A stretch of DNA of 64,000 bases from Acidobacteriota bacterium (lineage in GTDB: Bacteria; Acidobacteriota; Vicinamibacteria; Vicinamibacterales; JAKQTR01), in contig JAKQTR010000043.1 of NCBI GenBank assembly GCA_029562975.1, positions 72,491 to 136,490 of the forward strand, read 5' to 3'. The number at the start of each line of letters is the position of its first letter. Positions within the stretch are counted from its first letter, which is position 1. This document shows positions 28,530-38,286 of the stretch, one piece after another. The position numbers were made by a program, and so were the translations under genes. The notes below the pieces were generated by a model. The model did no database searches, was not told the origin of the DNA, and saw only the letters and a program-made list of their open reading frames with translations.

Positions 28530-28600
28530 CGGTCTCCTGGCGCCTCCGGGCCCGCCGGGAAGCCGCCTGTCACGCTCCGCGCCGGGCCCCCACGCAGATT

Positions 28601-28810
28601 CTACTCCCCCAGGCGCGACTTCCGCTCCTCCAGCCAGGCCAGCAGGATGGCCTCGAGCCTGGACTCGTTCGACGCCTGGGGATCATCGTCGAACCCCTCG
28701 AGGCCGAGCACGCGCCCGCGCAGGTCGGCGAAGCGCACGGCCAGCGGATCGTCGTCCGGATACTGCTCGTCCAGCGCGATGCCGATCTCCTCCGCGTCGG
28801 TCCACTTCAT
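28601..28810 (-). CDS. iscX: Fe-S assembly protein IscX (YfhJ)
   Basis: [22 protein letters not shown]...[20 protein letters not shown] closely follows the IscX pattern. Confidence 0.9.
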   Translation of the reverse strand: MKWTDAEEIGIALDEQYPDDDPLAVRFADLRGRVLGLEGFDDDPQASNESRLEAILLAWLEERKSRLGE

Positions 28811-29250
28811 GGCAGCCTCTCGCGCTTCGCCCCGTCAGAACCCGGCTCGGCGGCCGGCGCCGCCTCGGAGGCTCCGGCGCGCCTTCCGAGGCGGATCCCG
28901 CCCCCTTCCTGGACGTAGTTGCGCGTGTACATCGGGATCTCGCACACGACGTCGCCGTGCACGACGGCCTGGCAGCCGAGGCGCGACTGCGGGGTCAGGT
29001 CCCACGCCGTGTCGAGGCGGTCGGCCTCGTCATCCTGCATGTCGCTGAGGTTCCCGGCTCCCTCGCGCACGATGACGTGGCAGGTCGTGCACGCGCAGCT
29101 GCCGCCGCAGGCGTGCTCGAGCGGCACGTCGAGGTTCTTGGCGATGTCCAGCAGCGACCCCTGCAGGCCGTGGTGGGAGTACGGAAGCGACGGGAGATCC
29201 ACGTCGAAGGTGCGCTCCTGCCCCTCGACGATGAACGTGACTGTCGGCAT
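28807..29250 (-). CDS. fdx: ISC-type [2Fe-2S] ferredoxin
   Basis: The cysteine pattern [12 protein letters not shown]...C is of the adrenodoxin/Fdx type. It has a C-terminal tail of about 35 aa. Its start abuts the hscA stop. Confidence 0.9.
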   Translation of the reverse strand: MPTVTFIVEGQERTFDVDLPSLPYSHHGLQGSLLDIAKNLDVPLEHACGGSCACTTCHVIVREGAGNLSDMQDDEADRLDTAWDLTPQSRLGCQAVVHGDVVCEIPMYTRNYVQEGGGIRLGRRAGASEAAPAAEPGSDGAKRERLP

Positions 29251-31119
29251 CTAGCGCCCCTCGGCGGCGACGTCTGCGGCGGCCCGGCCGGCCAGCGCCG
29301 CCTGGACGGTCCGGTTCATCATCACTTCGGCCAGGTGCCGCGTCACCTGGTTGAGGGCGGCCGCCTTCACCTGGATGGCGTAGCGGTCGCCGCCGCCCAT
29401 CGACTGTTTGAGATCGGCGAGCGCCGCGTGGATGAGCACCAGTTCCTTCGGGTCGAGGTCGGCGGCGGCGATCGCCCCGAACTCCGGCCGCCTGAGCGCC
29501 TTCTCCGTCGCGGCGATGATCGTCTCGGCCTCGTTCCTGGCGTCGATGAGCATCCGCGCCTCGACGTCCTCCTGGGCGTGCTCGAACGACTCGATGAGCA
29601 TCCGCTCGACTTCCTCGTCGGTGAGCCCGTAGGAGGGCTTGACCTCGATGGTCTGCGCGATCCCCGTGCGCAGCTCGCGGGCGGAGACGCTCAGGATGCC
29701 GTTCGCGTCGATCTGGAACCGCACCTGGATGCGCGGCAGGCCCGCGGGCATGGGCGGAATGCCGCGCAGCTTGAACCGGCCCAGCGACCGGTTGTCGGAG
29801 GCCATTTCGCGCTCGCCCTGCAGGATGTGGATGTCCACGGCCGTCTGGTTGTCCACGAACGTCGTGAACATCTCGCCGCCGCTCGCCGGGATGGTGGAGT
29901 TGCGCAGGATGATCTTCGACACCACTCCGCCCATCGTCTCGATGCCGAGCGAGAGCGGCGTCACGTCGAGCAGCAGCATCTCGCGGCGGCCGCTGACGAG
30001 GATGTCCGCCTGGACCGCCGCGCCGATCGCGACGACTTCGTCCGGGTTGAGATCCGTGTGCGGCGCTCGGCCGAACAGCCGCTCCACTTCGCGGCGCACC
30101 AGAGGCACGCGGGTCGAGCCGCCGACCAGGACCGCCTCGTCCACCTGGCCCGGATCCAGCCCCGCGTCGGCCAGCGCCTTGCGGCACGGCTCGAGCGTCC
30201 TGGCCACGACCGGCCCGATGATTGCCTCGAATTCGTCGCGCGTCAGGCGCCGGCTGTACGGCCCGGCCCGCCCGGGCAGGCTGTCGATCTCGATGCGGGT
30301 CTCCTCGAACTCGGACAGGTCCAGCTTCGCCTGGATGACGGCCTTCCGGATCGCCTGCACGGCTTCCGGGGCCGCAGCCGGATCAATCCCGGTGTCGCGC
30401 GCCACCATCTCGACGAGCAGGCGGTCGAAGTCGTCGCCGCCGAGGTGCGTGTTGCCGTTCGTCGCCAGCACCTGGAACACGCCGTCCTCGATCCTGAGGA
30501 TCGAGATGTCGAAGGTCCCGCCGCCCAGGTCGTAGACGGCCACGACGCCCTGCCGCCGCCTGTCCAGGCCGTAGGCCAGGCACGCGGCGGTCGGCTCATT
30601 GACGATGCGAAGGACCTCGAGGCCCGCCAGCCGCCCGGCGTCGCGCGTGGCGGTGCGCTGGGCGTCGTTGAAGTACGCCGGCACCGTGATGACGGCGGCG
30701 GAGACCTCCGGGTCGATGTCGCCCTCCCTGGCGAAGAAGGCCTCGGCGCGGCGCTTCAGCTCGCGGAGGATGAAGCTCGAGATCTCGGGCGGCGTGAACG
30801 TCCGCTCGCCCAGGCGGACGCGGATGACGCTCCCGGGATCGCCGCCCAGCTTGAAGGGCAGCCACTGCTCCTCGCCCCTGGCGTCCTCGATGCCCCGGCC
30901 CATGAACCGCTTGACCGAGTACACGGAGCGCGCCGCGTCGGAGAGCAGCCGCCGCTGCGCCTCGCGGCCGACGTGGATCGCGCCGGACTCCCCGATGGAC
31001 ACGACCGACGGGAGCAGCCGGTCGCCGGACTCGTCGGGGATGACCGTGGTGGCGCCGTCGCGGCGGACGGCAACGAGGCTGTTCGTGGTGCCGAGATCGA
31101 TGCCGACGACCCTGCTCAT
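29251..31119 (-). CDS. hscA: Fe-S cluster assembly chaperone HscA (Hsp70 family)
   Basis: [17 protein letters not shown] and VGGSTR motifs. The start at ATG 31119 overlaps the hscB stop by 4 nt. Confidence 0.9.
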   Translation of the reverse strand: MSRVVGIDLGTTNSLVAVRRDGATTVIPDESGDRLLPSVVSIGESGAIHVGREAQRRLLSDAARSVYSVKRFMGRGIEDARGEEQWLPFKLGGDPGSVIRVRLGERTFTPPEISSFILRELKRRAEAFFAREGDIDPEVSAAVITVPAYFNDAQRTATRDAGRLAGLEVLRIVNEPTAACLAYGLDRRRQGVVAVYDLGGGTFDISILRIEDGVFQVLATNGNTHLGGDDFDRLLVEMVARDTGIDPAAAPEAVQAIRKAVIQAKLDLSEFEETRIEIDSLPGRAGPYSRRLTRDEFEAIIGPVVARTLEPCRKALADAGLDPGQVDEAVLVGGSTRVPLVRREVERLFGRAPHTDLNPDEVVAIGAAVQADILVSGRREMLLLDVTPLSLGIETMGGVVSKIILRNSTIPASGGEMFTTFVDNQTAVDIHILQGEREMASDNRSLGRFKLRGIPPMPAGLPRIQVRFQIDANGILSVSARELRTGIAQTIEVKPSYGLTDEEVERMLIESFEHAQEDVEARMLIDARNEAETIIAATEKALRRPEFGAIAAADLDPKELVLIHAALADLKQSMGGGDRYAIQVKAAALNQVTRHLAEVMMNRTVQAALAGRAAADVAAEGR

Positions 31120-31826
31120 GTTCGCGCGCTCCCGGCGCCGGCCTCGTGGCGCCTGACGGCCGCGAGGAGGTTCGTGAGGTAGGTCCGCTCGAGCAGCAGC
31201 GTTTCCAGCAGCCCGAGCGTCTCCCGCCGGCCCTCGGCGTCGCCCGACTCCAGGCTGGCGTCGTGGGCCTGCGCCAGCTCGAGGAGCCGCCGCTCGTGGG
31301 CCTCGAGCGTCGCCTCGACCGGCCGACGCGCCTCGTCGAGGCGCGCCGCGACGGCCTCCGCCGGCACGCCCGACTCCCGCAGCTCCTCCACCGCCTCCAG
31401 CTCCTCGTTCAGCGCGAACACCTCCTCGAGCAGGCCCTGCGGCACGGCTGAGGCTGCCTCGCGCGACTGCTTCGGCGCGAACCCTTCCAGCTTCAGCAGG
31501 TACTCCAGGCGCGCGGCCGGATCGCGCAGCGTGCGGTGCGCGTCGTTCAGGTACGACGCGCGCTCGAGGCTCGCCAGGCGCTCGGCGGGGGGCGCGTTGT
31601 GGAAGTAGTCGGGGTGGAACAGCCGGCTGAGCGCGCGGTAGCGCTGGTCGAGCTCCTGGACGTCCAGGACGAGGCGCCGGCGGAGCCCGAAGAAGGTGAA
31701 GTAGTCGCCAAGGCGGCCGAGCGTCATGAGGCGGTCGCAGCGCGGGCAGACGTGGACGTCCACCGGCGCCTCGCTGCCGCAGTGCCTGCACTTGTCGATG
31801 GGAACGGCTTTGGTGTCCGGCTGCAT
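31116..31826 (-). CDS. hscB: Co-chaperone HscB with N-terminal Cys4 zinc-finger
   Basis: J-domain with an HPD motif (LFHPDYF). The N-terminus reads CRHCGS-x11-CPRCD. Confidence 0.85.
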   Translation of the reverse strand: MQPDTKAVPIDKCRHCGSEAPVDVHVCPRCDRLMTLGRLGDYFTFFGLRRRLVLDVQELDQRYRALSRLFHPDYFHNAPPAERLASLERASYLNDAHRTLRDPAARLEYLLKLEGFAPKQSREAASAVPQGLLEEVFALNEELEAVEELRESGVPAEAVAARLDEARRPVEATLEAHERRLLELAQAHDASLESGDAEGRRETLGLLETLLLERTYLTNLLAAVRRHEAGAGSART

Positions 31827-31841
31827 AGTCAGGATCGAAGA

Positions 31842-31871
31842 GAAGCCCCGCCGGCTGCCCGGCGGGGCTTC
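31842..31871 (-). terminator. Strong intra-operon hairpin between iscA and hscB (attenuator/terminator-like)
   Basis: GAAGCCCCGCCGG-CTGC-CCGGCGGGGCTTC forms a perfect 13-bp stem. On the minus-strand RNA it is followed by UCUUCGAUCC, and it ends 15 nt before the hscB ATG. Confidence 0.5.
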
Positions 31872-31955
31872 ATGCCGCCCGGGCCGGCGTGGGGGCCGCG
31901 CTGACCCGGTCCGGGCGCGCCTGCGAGCCGGCGAACGCCCGCCGGCGTGAACCGC

Positions 31956-32282
31956 TCAGACGGTGAAGGAGCTGCCGCAGCCGCACGAGGCCTTGGCGTT
32001 CGGGTTGACGAAGTGCAGCCCTTTGCCCATCAGCGCCGAGTCGTACTCGAGCGTCGTCCCCGTCAGGTAGATGAGGCTCTTCTTGTCGACGAAGAGGCGC
32101 GTCCCCCCCGCGCCCTCGATCACCTCGTCGCCGAGGCGCGCTTCCTTTTCCCAGCTGAACGTGTAGCTGAGGCCCGAGCAGCCGCCGCCCTTGATGCCCA
32201 CGCGCAGCCCGCCGTCGGTGATGCCCTGCTTCGCCATCAGCTTCCGGATGTGCGACGCCGCCTTCTCGGTGACGGCGATCAT
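31956..32282 (-). CDS. iscA: Iron-sulfur cluster insertion protein IscA (HesB family)
   Basis: GGGCSG and the C-terminal CGCGSSF motif. The ATGA overlaps the iscU stop. Confidence 0.9.
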   Translation of the reverse strand: MIAVTEKAASHIRKLMAKQGITDGGLRVGIKGGGCSGLSYTFSWEKEARLGDEVIEGAGGTRLFVDKKSLIYLTGTTLEYDSALMGKGLHFVNPNAKASCGCGSSFTV

Positions 32283-32677
32283 GACGACGGCCCCGCCTGC
32301 TGCTTCTGCTGGTAGTCCGCGATCGCCGCCTTGATGGCGTCCTCCGCCAGCACCGAGCAGTGGACCTTCACCGGCGGCAGCGACAGCTCGGCCACGATGT
32401 CCGTGTTCTTGATCGTCAGCGCCTCGTCCACCGTCTTGCCCTTCAGCCATTCCGTCGCCAGGCTCGAGCTCGCAATCGCCGAGCCGCAGCCGAAGGTCTT
32501 GAACTTGGCCTCGTCTATCACGCCCGTCTCCGGGTTGACCCGGACCTGCAGCTTCATCACGTCGCCGCACTCGGGCGCGCCGACCAGCCCCGTGCCCACC
32601 GTCGGGTCCTGCTTCGGCAGCGATCCCACGTTGCGCGGGTTGTTGAAGTGATCCACGACCTTGTCCGAATACGCCAT
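32279..32677 (-). CDS. iscU: Fe-S cluster scaffold IscU
   Basis: MAYSDKVVDHFNNPRNVG, GAPECGD, FGCGSAIASSS and LPPVKVHCS motifs. Confidence 0.95.
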   Translation of the reverse strand: MAYSDKVVDHFNNPRNVGSLPKQDPTVGTGLVGAPECGDVMKLQVRVNPETGVIDEAKFKTFGCGSAIASSSLATEWLKGKTVDEALTIKNTDIVAELSLPPVKVHCSVLAEDAIKAAIADYQQKQQAGPSS

Positions 32678-32769
32678 CCGCCCATCTCCACCGCGGCGCC
32701 AGGCCCCGCGGCCCGGCTGGTTTCGTCCCGCCGACGCCGGGGCCCGCCCTCCGGCCCCCGGCTTCGTCC

Positions 32770-33987
32770 CTAGTGCTCCCGCCACTCCATCTTCGCGAGG
32801 TCCACGCCGTCCTTCGCCATTTCGTACAGCGGCGACATCTCCCGCAGCTTGCGCACGACCGCCACGACCTTGCCGGCCACGTAGTCCACTTCATCCTCGG
32901 TGTTGAAGCGGCCGAGGCCGAAGCGGATCGAGGAGTGCGCCAGGTCGTCGCCCGTTCCGAGGGCCTTCAGCACGTAGGACGGCTCCAGGCTCGCCGACGT
33001 GCAGGCCGAGCCCGACGACACCGCCACGTCGTTGATGCCCATGAGCAGCGACTCGCCCTCGACGTAGGCGAAGCTGATGTTCAGGTTGCCGGGCAGGCGG
33101 TGCTCCATCGATCCGTTGACGTGCAGCTCGTCGAGGCCCGCGTGCAGCTTCGCGTTCAGCCGGTCGCGAAGCGCCCTGATCCTGGCGCTCTCCTGCGCCA
33201 TCTCGAGGCGGCACAGCTCCGCGGCCTTCCCGAAACCGACGATGCCCGGGACGTTGAGCGTGCCCGAGCGCATGCCCCGCTCGTGCCCGCCGCCGTCGAT
33301 GATGGGCGACAGCAGCACGCGCGGCTGGCGCCGGCGGACGTACAGGGCGCCCACGCCCTTCGGGCCGTACATCTTGTGCGCGCTGATCGACGCCAGATGC
33401 GCGTTGCACGCGTTCACGTCGAAGGGCACCTTGCCCGCCGCCTGCACCGCGTCGGTATGGAAGAGGACGCCTCGCTCCTTCGCCATCGCCCCGATCTCGG
33501 CGACGGGCTGCAGCACCCCGATCTCGTTGTTCGCCGCCATGATCGTGATGAGGACCGTCTTCGCCGTGATGGCGTCGCGGAGCGCGTCGAGATCGACGAG
33601 GCCGTCCGGCTTCACCGGCAGGTACGTCACCCGGAAGCCTTCCTTCTCCAGGCGCTTGCAGGTGTCGATGACGGCCTTGTGCTCGGTCAGCGCCGTGATG
33701 ACGTGATCGCCCTTCTCGCGATACATGTAGACGGCGCCCTTGATGGCGAGATTGTCCGACTCGGTGGCGCCGCTCGTGAAGACGATCTCCTTCGGGTTCG
33801 CGCCGATGAGATCGGCCACCTGCTTGCGCGCGGCCTCGACCGCCTCTTCCGCCTCCCACCCGTACCGGTGGTTGCGGCTCGCCGCGTTGCCGAAGCGCTC
33901 CGTGAAGTAGGGCAGCATCGCCTCGAGGACCCGTGGATCCACCGGAGTCGTCGCCTGGTTGTCGAAGTAAATCGGGAACTTCAGCAT
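32770..33987 (-). CDS. iscS: Cysteine desulfurase IscS
   Basis: SGATESDN, the PLP Lys in [10 protein letters not shown], and the active-site loop SSGSACTS. Confidence 0.95.
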   Translation of the reverse strand: MLKFPIYFDNQATTPVDPRVLEAMLPYFTERFGNAASRNHRYGWEAEEAVEAARKQVADLIGANPKEIVFTSGATESDNLAIKGAVYMYREKGDHVITALTEHKAVIDTCKRLEKEGFRVTYLPVKPDGLVDLDALRDAITAKTVLITIMAANNEIGVLQPVAEIGAMAKERGVLFHTDAVQAAGKVPFDVNACNAHLASISAHKMYGPKGVGALYVRRRQPRVLLSPIIDGGGHERGMRSGTLNVPGIVGFGKAAELCRLEMAQESARIRALRDRLNAKLHAGLDELHVNGSMEHRLPGNLNISFAYVEGESLLMGINDVAVSSGSACTSASLEPSYVLKALGTGDDLAHSSIRFGLGRFNTEDEVDYVAGKVVAVVRKLREMSPLYEMAKDGVDLAKMEWREH

Positions 33988-33998
33988 ATGGGTTTCGT

Positions 33999-34466
33999 TT
34001 ACGCTCGAATGGCAGCCTGCGCGAGCCGGGCCGGCTCGCGAGGGTCGGCTCCAGGCGCGCTGTCGGCCAGGTCGCCGGCCAGCTCGGACACCGACGTGCC
34101 CGCCAGGGCGGAGAGGATGATGCTCGAAATGCGCCAGAGCGGGTCACGCACGTTGCACTTCTCGTACTGGCCGCAGCAGTCCGCGTCCGAGGAACACGCC
34201 GTCACCGAGACGGGGCCGTCAATCGCCTGGATCACGTCCGCCAGCGAGATGCTCTCCGCCGCCTGCGACAGCCTGTAGCCTCCCCGCGCGCCCTGCTGCG
34301 ACGCGAGCAGGCCCCGTCGCACCAGCCGCTGAAGCACCTTGGCCATGAGCTCCATGGGAATGTCGTAGGTCTCGGCGATCTCCCGGGCGCTCGCCGAGCC
34401 AGGCTGCTGGGCTAGGTGCGCCATGGCGATCAGCGCGTAGTCGGCTTTCTTCGACAGTCTAAGCAT
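33999..34466 (-). CDS. iscR: Rrf2-family Fe-S regulator IscR
   Basis: Rrf2 wHTH ([16 protein letters not shown]...[13 protein letters not shown]) with a Cys cluster C-x6-CC-x5-C. It is the first gene of the isc operon. Confidence 0.85.
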   Translation of the reverse strand: MLRLSKKADYALIAMAHLAQQPGSASAREIAETYDIPMELMAKVLQRLVRRGLLASQQGARGGYRLSQAAESISLADVIQAIDGPVSVTACSSDADCCGQYEKCNVRDPLWRISSIILSALAGTSVSELAGDLADSAPGADPREPARLAQAAIRA

Positions 34467-34499
34467 AGGTTCCCGCCGATATGCGACCCCTACAGTCCC

Positions 34500-34528
34500 A
34501 GATTAACGCTGAATACAAGACCGGTCAA
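34500..34528 (-). promoter_or_regulatory. Sigma-70-like iscR promoter
   Basis: On the minus strand: TTGACC (34523-34528), a 17-nt spacer, TAATCT (34500-34505). It lies about 30 nt upstream of the iscR ATG. Confidence 0.45.
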
Positions 34529-34537
34529 GTCGGGATT
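34513..34537 (-). promoter_or_regulatory. Candidate type-1 IscR binding site overlapping the -35
   Basis: The minus strand AATCCCGACTTGACCGGTCTTGTAT matches 17 of 25 positions of ATASYYGACTRWWWYAGTCRRSTAT, including the CCCGACT and GTCnnGTAT halves. Confidence 0.35.
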
Positions 34538-34567
34538 TGTGGTGGCGAGGAGGCGCCTGGCCTGGCA

Positions 34568-34625
34568 CCTCCTGCATCTCCTGGATCCCCCTCTCCTGGA
34601 TCCCCATCTCCTGTATCCTCTCCCC
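34568..34625 (+). repeat. Tandem 15-nt pyrimidine repeats abutting the moeB start
   Basis: CTCCTGGATCCCC occurs twice exactly (34578, 34593). Degenerate units CCTCCTGCAT and CTCCTGTATCCTCTCCCC flank them, and the array ends at the ATG (34626). Confidence 0.8.
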
Positions 34626-35411
34626 ATGCAGCCTGGTTCCGGCTTTTCCGGAGAAGAGCTGGAGCGGTACGCCCGCCAGCTCGTGCTGCCGGGCGTCGGC
34701 GTCGAAGGGCAGCGGCGGCTGAAGGCGGCCCGCGTCCTCTGCGTCGGCGCCGGCGGCCTGGGCTCTCCCGCGAGCCTCTACCTCGCCGCGGCGGGGGTCG
34801 GCACGATCGGCCTCGTGGACAGCGACCGGGTATCGTTGAGCAACCTGCAGCGCCAGGTGCTGTACGGCACGCCCGAGATCGGCGCGCCGAAGACCGCGCC
34901 GGCCCGCGTCCGCCTGGAGACGCTCAATCCCCACGTCTCGGTCGAACCCCACCAGGTCGCGCTGGCGGCCGGAAACGCGGTGGATCTCCTGGGGCGATAC
35001 GACATCGTCCTCGACTGCTCGGACAACTTCCCGACGCGCTACCTGATCAACGACACGTGCGTGCTCCTGGACAAGCCGGACGTCTTCGGGGCGGTCTTCA
35101 TGTTCGAGGGGCAGGTGTCGGTGCTCGGCCGGCGCGGCGGTCCGTGCTATCGGTGCGTCTTTCCCGAGCCTCCGCCCCCGGAAATCGAACCTTCCTGCGC
35201 CGACTCCGGCATTCTTGGCGCCCTGCCGGGGATCATCGGCGCAATCCAGGCGGCGGAGGCGATCAAGCTCATCACGGGCGTCGGCGAGCCGCTCGTCGGC
35301 CGGATGATCGTTTGCGACGCGCTCGCGATGACGTTCCGGGAGCTGGGCCTGCCCAGGAACCCCCGTTGCGCCGCGTGCGGCGAACGGCCGGCTGGCCGCG
35401 CGCTTCCCTGA
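34626..35411 (+). CDS. moeB: Molybdopterin-synthase adenylyltransferase MoeB / ThiF-family E1-like enzyme
   Basis: RYARQLVLPGVG, GAGGLGSP and two CxxC pairs (CYRC, CAAC). Confidence 0.8.
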   Translation: MQPGSGFSGEELERYARQLVLPGVGVEGQRRLKAARVLCVGAGGLGSPASLYLAAAGVGTIGLVDSDRVSLSNLQRQVLYGTPEIGAPKTAPARVRLETLNPHVSVEPHQVALAAGNAVDLLGRYDIVLDCSDNFPTRYLINDTCVLLDKPDVFGAVFMFEGQVSVLGRRGGPCYRCVFPEPPPPEIEPSCADSGILGALPGIIGAIQAAEAIKLITGVGEPLVGRMIVCDALAMTFRELGLPRNPRCAACGERPAGRALP

Positions 35412-35426
35412 CCGGGGCGTCTTGCT

Positions 35427-35447
35427 CCTTGTCCCTTGCCCCTGTCT
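35427..35447 (+). repeat. 21-nt pyrimidine-rich motif, copy 2
   Basis: CCTTGTCCCTTGCCCCTGTCT matches 17496-17516 at 20 of 21 positions. It lies 23 nt upstream of the aminotransferase ATG. Confidence 0.75.
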
Positions 35448-35470
35448 CTCGCCCCCGGTACACTGCCGCC

Positions 35471-36610
35471 ATGCGCCTTCCTCTCTTCGCCATGGAGCGG
35501 ATGCAGTCCACGTGGGAGAACCTCGTGGACTACAACCTCTCTGAGAGCGGCGTCCGCCCGATGCGCGTCGAGGAGCTGCTCGACAGCGACGCCGATCGCG
35601 CCGCCTTTTTCGCCCAGGAGCTCGCCTACAACCAGTCGAACGGCACGATCGCGCTTCGCGAGCGCATCGCGGCGATGTATCCGGGCGCCACGATCGAGCA
35701 CGTGGAGGTCACCAACGGCGGCTCGGAGGCGAACTTCGTCTCGATGTGGCACCTCGTCCGGCCGGGTGACGAGGTGGTGAGCATGGTCCCGAACTACGGC
35801 CAGACGCTGGGCCTCGCCGAGGGCTTCGGCGGCGCGCTCAAGCCGTGGCCGCTCCGGCTGTCGGAGGACGGCCGCCGCTGGCTGGCCGATCTCGACGGCC
35901 TCCGGGGCCTGGTGACGCCGAAGACGCGTTTGATCGTCCTGTGCAATCCGAACAATCCAACCGGCGCCCGCGTGCCGGCGGGCGACCTCGACGAGATCTG
36001 CCGGATCGCGGGGCGCGTCGGCGCGTGGGTGCTGTCGGACGAGATCTACCGCGGCGCCGAGCTGGACGGCGCCGAGACGCCGTCGGTCTGGGGGCGGTAC
36101 GAACGCGTCGTCGTCACGAGCGGCCTGTCGAAGGCGTACGGCCTGCCCGGCCTGCGGGTGGGCTGGATCGTGAGCGCGCCCGAGGTCGTGGCCTCGACGT
36201 GGTCGCGCCACGACTACACGACCATCGCCCCGGGCACGCTGAGCGACCGCCTGGCGCGCGTCGCGCTCGAACCCCCGACGCGCGCGAAGATCCTCGCCCG
36301 CACGCGCCGCATTCTTCACGCCAATCTGCCCGTCATCGCGGGCTGGCTCGACGCCCGCAAGGACCGTTTCAGCTACGTTCCGCCCGAGGCCGGCGCGATC
36401 GTCTACACGCGCTATCGGGGCGGGATGAACTCCACGGGACTCGTGGAACGGCTGCGCGTGGAGAAGAGCGTGCTCATCGTGCCGGGCGATCACTTCGGCA
36501 TGGACGGGCACCTGCGGATCGGGTTCGGCGGCGAGACGCGCGGCTTGCGCGAAGGCCTGGACCGCCTGGCGGATCTCCTCCAGTCGCTGCCGCTGGCCGG
36601 GGGCGCCTGA
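35471..36610 (+). CDS. Class I/II pyridoxal-phosphate aminotransferase
   Basis: NPNNPTG and SGLSKAYGLPGLRVGW (PLP lysine) motifs. Confidence 0.85.
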   Translation: MRLPLFAMERMQSTWENLVDYNLSESGVRPMRVEELLDSDADRAAFFAQELAYNQSNGTIALRERIAAMYPGATIEHVEVTNGGSEANFVSMWHLVRPGDEVVSMVPNYGQTLGLAEGFGGALKPWPLRLSEDGRRWLADLDGLRGLVTPKTRLIVLCNPNNPTGARVPAGDLDEICRIAGRVGAWVLSDEIYRGAELDGAETPSVWGRYERVVVTSGLSKAYGLPGLRVGWIVSAPEVVASTWSRHDYTTIAPGTLSDRLARVALEPPTRAKILARTRRILHANLPVIAGWLDARKDRFSYVPPEAGAIVYTRYRGGMNSTGLVERLRVEKSVLIVPGDHFGMDGHLRIGFGGETRGLREGLDRLADLLQSLPLAGGA

Positions 36611-36627
36611 AGGCGGCAGGCCGGACC

Positions 36628-37740
36628 ATGGTGTACCTGGACCTCCTGCTCGTCGGGTTCGGCCGCGTGGGCCGCCGCTTCACCGAGCTCCTCGAGGAGC
36701 AGTCGGTCCGCCTGCGAGGCGAGTACGACCTCTCCTGGCGCGTTGTCGGCATCGCGACCAGGCGCCACGGCACGGCGTACGACGCGCGCGGGCTCGACCT
36801 GGTCAAGGCGCGGCGCCTCGCCGGGGCGGGCGCTTCGCTGGCAAGCCTGACGGGTGCCGAGAGCGGGCGCACGATCGCCGCCGAGGCCTCGGGCCTCGCG
36901 CTCATCCGGCACGCGACGGCGGAATCGGCCGCCCGGCGCATGCCGCAGCTCGTGGTCGTCGAGACCACGACGCTCGACGTCGAGCGCGGACAGCCGGCGA
37001 CGGACCACGTCATGGCCGCCCTGCGCGGGGGCGCCCACGTCGTGACAGCCAACAAGGGGCCCGTGGCCTTCGCGTACCGCGAGATCGCGTCGGCGGCCGG
37101 GGTGGCGCGCCGGCGGTTCCTCTTCGAGGGGACGGTGATGGACGGCGCCCCCCTCTTCAGCCTCGTGCGCGAGACGCTTCCAGGCGTCCGGGTGCTTGGC
37201 TTCCGCGGCATCCTGAACGCCACGACGAACTACGTGCTCACGGCGATGGAAGAGGGCCGCAGCTTCGAGCGGGCCTTGTCCGACATGCAGGAGGCGGGCA
37301 TCGCCGAGGCCGACGCATCGCTCGACATCGACGGCTGGGACGCCGCCGCGAAGACGGCGGCCATCGCCAACGTGCTCATGCGCGGCAGCGTGACGCCGCG
37401 CGGGATCGAGCGAACGGGCATCCGGGACATCAGCAGCAAACGGGTGCTCGACGCCGTCTCGCGCGGCCGGCGGGTCCGGCTCGTGGCCAGCGCGGAGTGG
37501 GTGGACGACCGGCTCGCCGGCCGGGTCGCGCCCGTGGAGCTGGACGAGGCGGATCCGCTCGCGCGCCTCGCCGGGCTGCAGAACGAGGTCGTGCTGAAGA
37601 CGGACCTGCTCGGCCCGATCGGCATTCTGCAGCTCGACGGCGGCCTTGCGCAGACGGCGTACGCGCTGCTGGCCGATCTCGTGACGATCGCCAAGGGGCT
37701 TTCCCGCGGCGAGACCTCGGCCGCGCCGCCGCTCCGCTGA
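36628..37740 (+). CDS. Homoserine dehydrogenase family protein
   Basis: NAD-binding motif VGFGRVGRR, plus ANKGPVA, GILNATTNYVL and EADASLDIDGWDAAAK motifs. Confidence 0.75.
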   Translation: MVYLDLLLVGFGRVGRRFTELLEEQSVRLRGEYDLSWRVVGIATRRHGTAYDARGLDLVKARRLAGAGASLASLTGAESGRTIAAEASGLALIRHATAESAARRMPQLVVVETTTLDVERGQPATDHVMAALRGGAHVVTANKGPVAFAYREIASAAGVARRRFLFEGTVMDGAPLFSLVRETLPGVRVLGFRGILNATTNYVLTAMEEGRSFERALSDMQEAGIAEADASLDIDGWDAAAKTAAIANVLMRGSVTPRGIERTGIRDISSKRVLDAVSRGRRVRLVASAEWVDDRLAGRVAPVELDEADPLARLAGLQNEVVLKTDLLGPIGILQLDGGLAQTAYALLADLVTIAKGLSRGETSAAPPLR

Positions 37741-37821
37741 CGGGGCGGCCGGCGCCGTCGCCAAACGGCATCCGGCCGGCCCCGCGCGGGCGCCGGCGAT
37801 CGGGGGCCCGGAGCCACGCCC

Positions 37822-38256
37822 ATGTCGCTGGAACTCGCGCAGATTCGCCGCCGCGTCCAGACGCGCCTCGCCGACGTGAAGCGGGCGGCCGCCGCCAGGC
37901 GCGACCGGGCCGATGCCGCCGGGCGCGCGTACGGCACGTTCCTGTCGGCCGTCGCCATCCCCACCTTCAGCGCCGTGGCCCAGAGCCTCTCGGCCGAGGG
38001 CTACCCGTTCACGGTGACCACGCCCGGCCGCGCGGTCCGCATGACGTCGGACCGCTCGCGCCTGACCTACGTCGAGATCGGCCTCGACACGTCCGGCCCG
38101 GAGCCGCAGATCATCGCGGAGGTCGGCTGGGAGCGCGGCAGCCGCGTGTTCACCGACGAGCGGCCGGTGGCCGAGGGCACGCCGGTCGATGCGATCACCG
38201 ACGAGCACGTCCTCGCGCGGCTGCTGGAGCTCTTGCCCGAGCTGGTCGAACGCTGA
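37822..38256 (+). CDS. Hypothetical protein
   Basis: 144-aa ORF with strong GC3 bias and an ATG start. I recognise no motif. Confidence 0.55.
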   Translation: MSLELAQIRRRVQTRLADVKRAAAARRDRADAAGRAYGTFLSAVAIPTFSAVAQSLSAEGYPFTVTTPGRAVRMTSDRSRLTYVEIGLDTSGPEPQIIAEVGWERGSRVFTDERPVAEGTPVDAITDEHVLARLLELLPELVER

Positions 38257-38286
38257 GGGGAACGCGCCGCCGCCCGGCGCGGGGGA

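Noticed and set aside
28297-31182. A 961-aa plus-strand ORF across fdx and hscA.
   Set aside because: It is a shadow frame antisense to canonical fdx and hscA genes, with no motifs. The same applies to 59412-62378 (antisense to M48/cyclase), 42746-44695 (antisense to the GGDEF gene), 22594-24351 (antisense to the TonB receptor) and 49622-52417.
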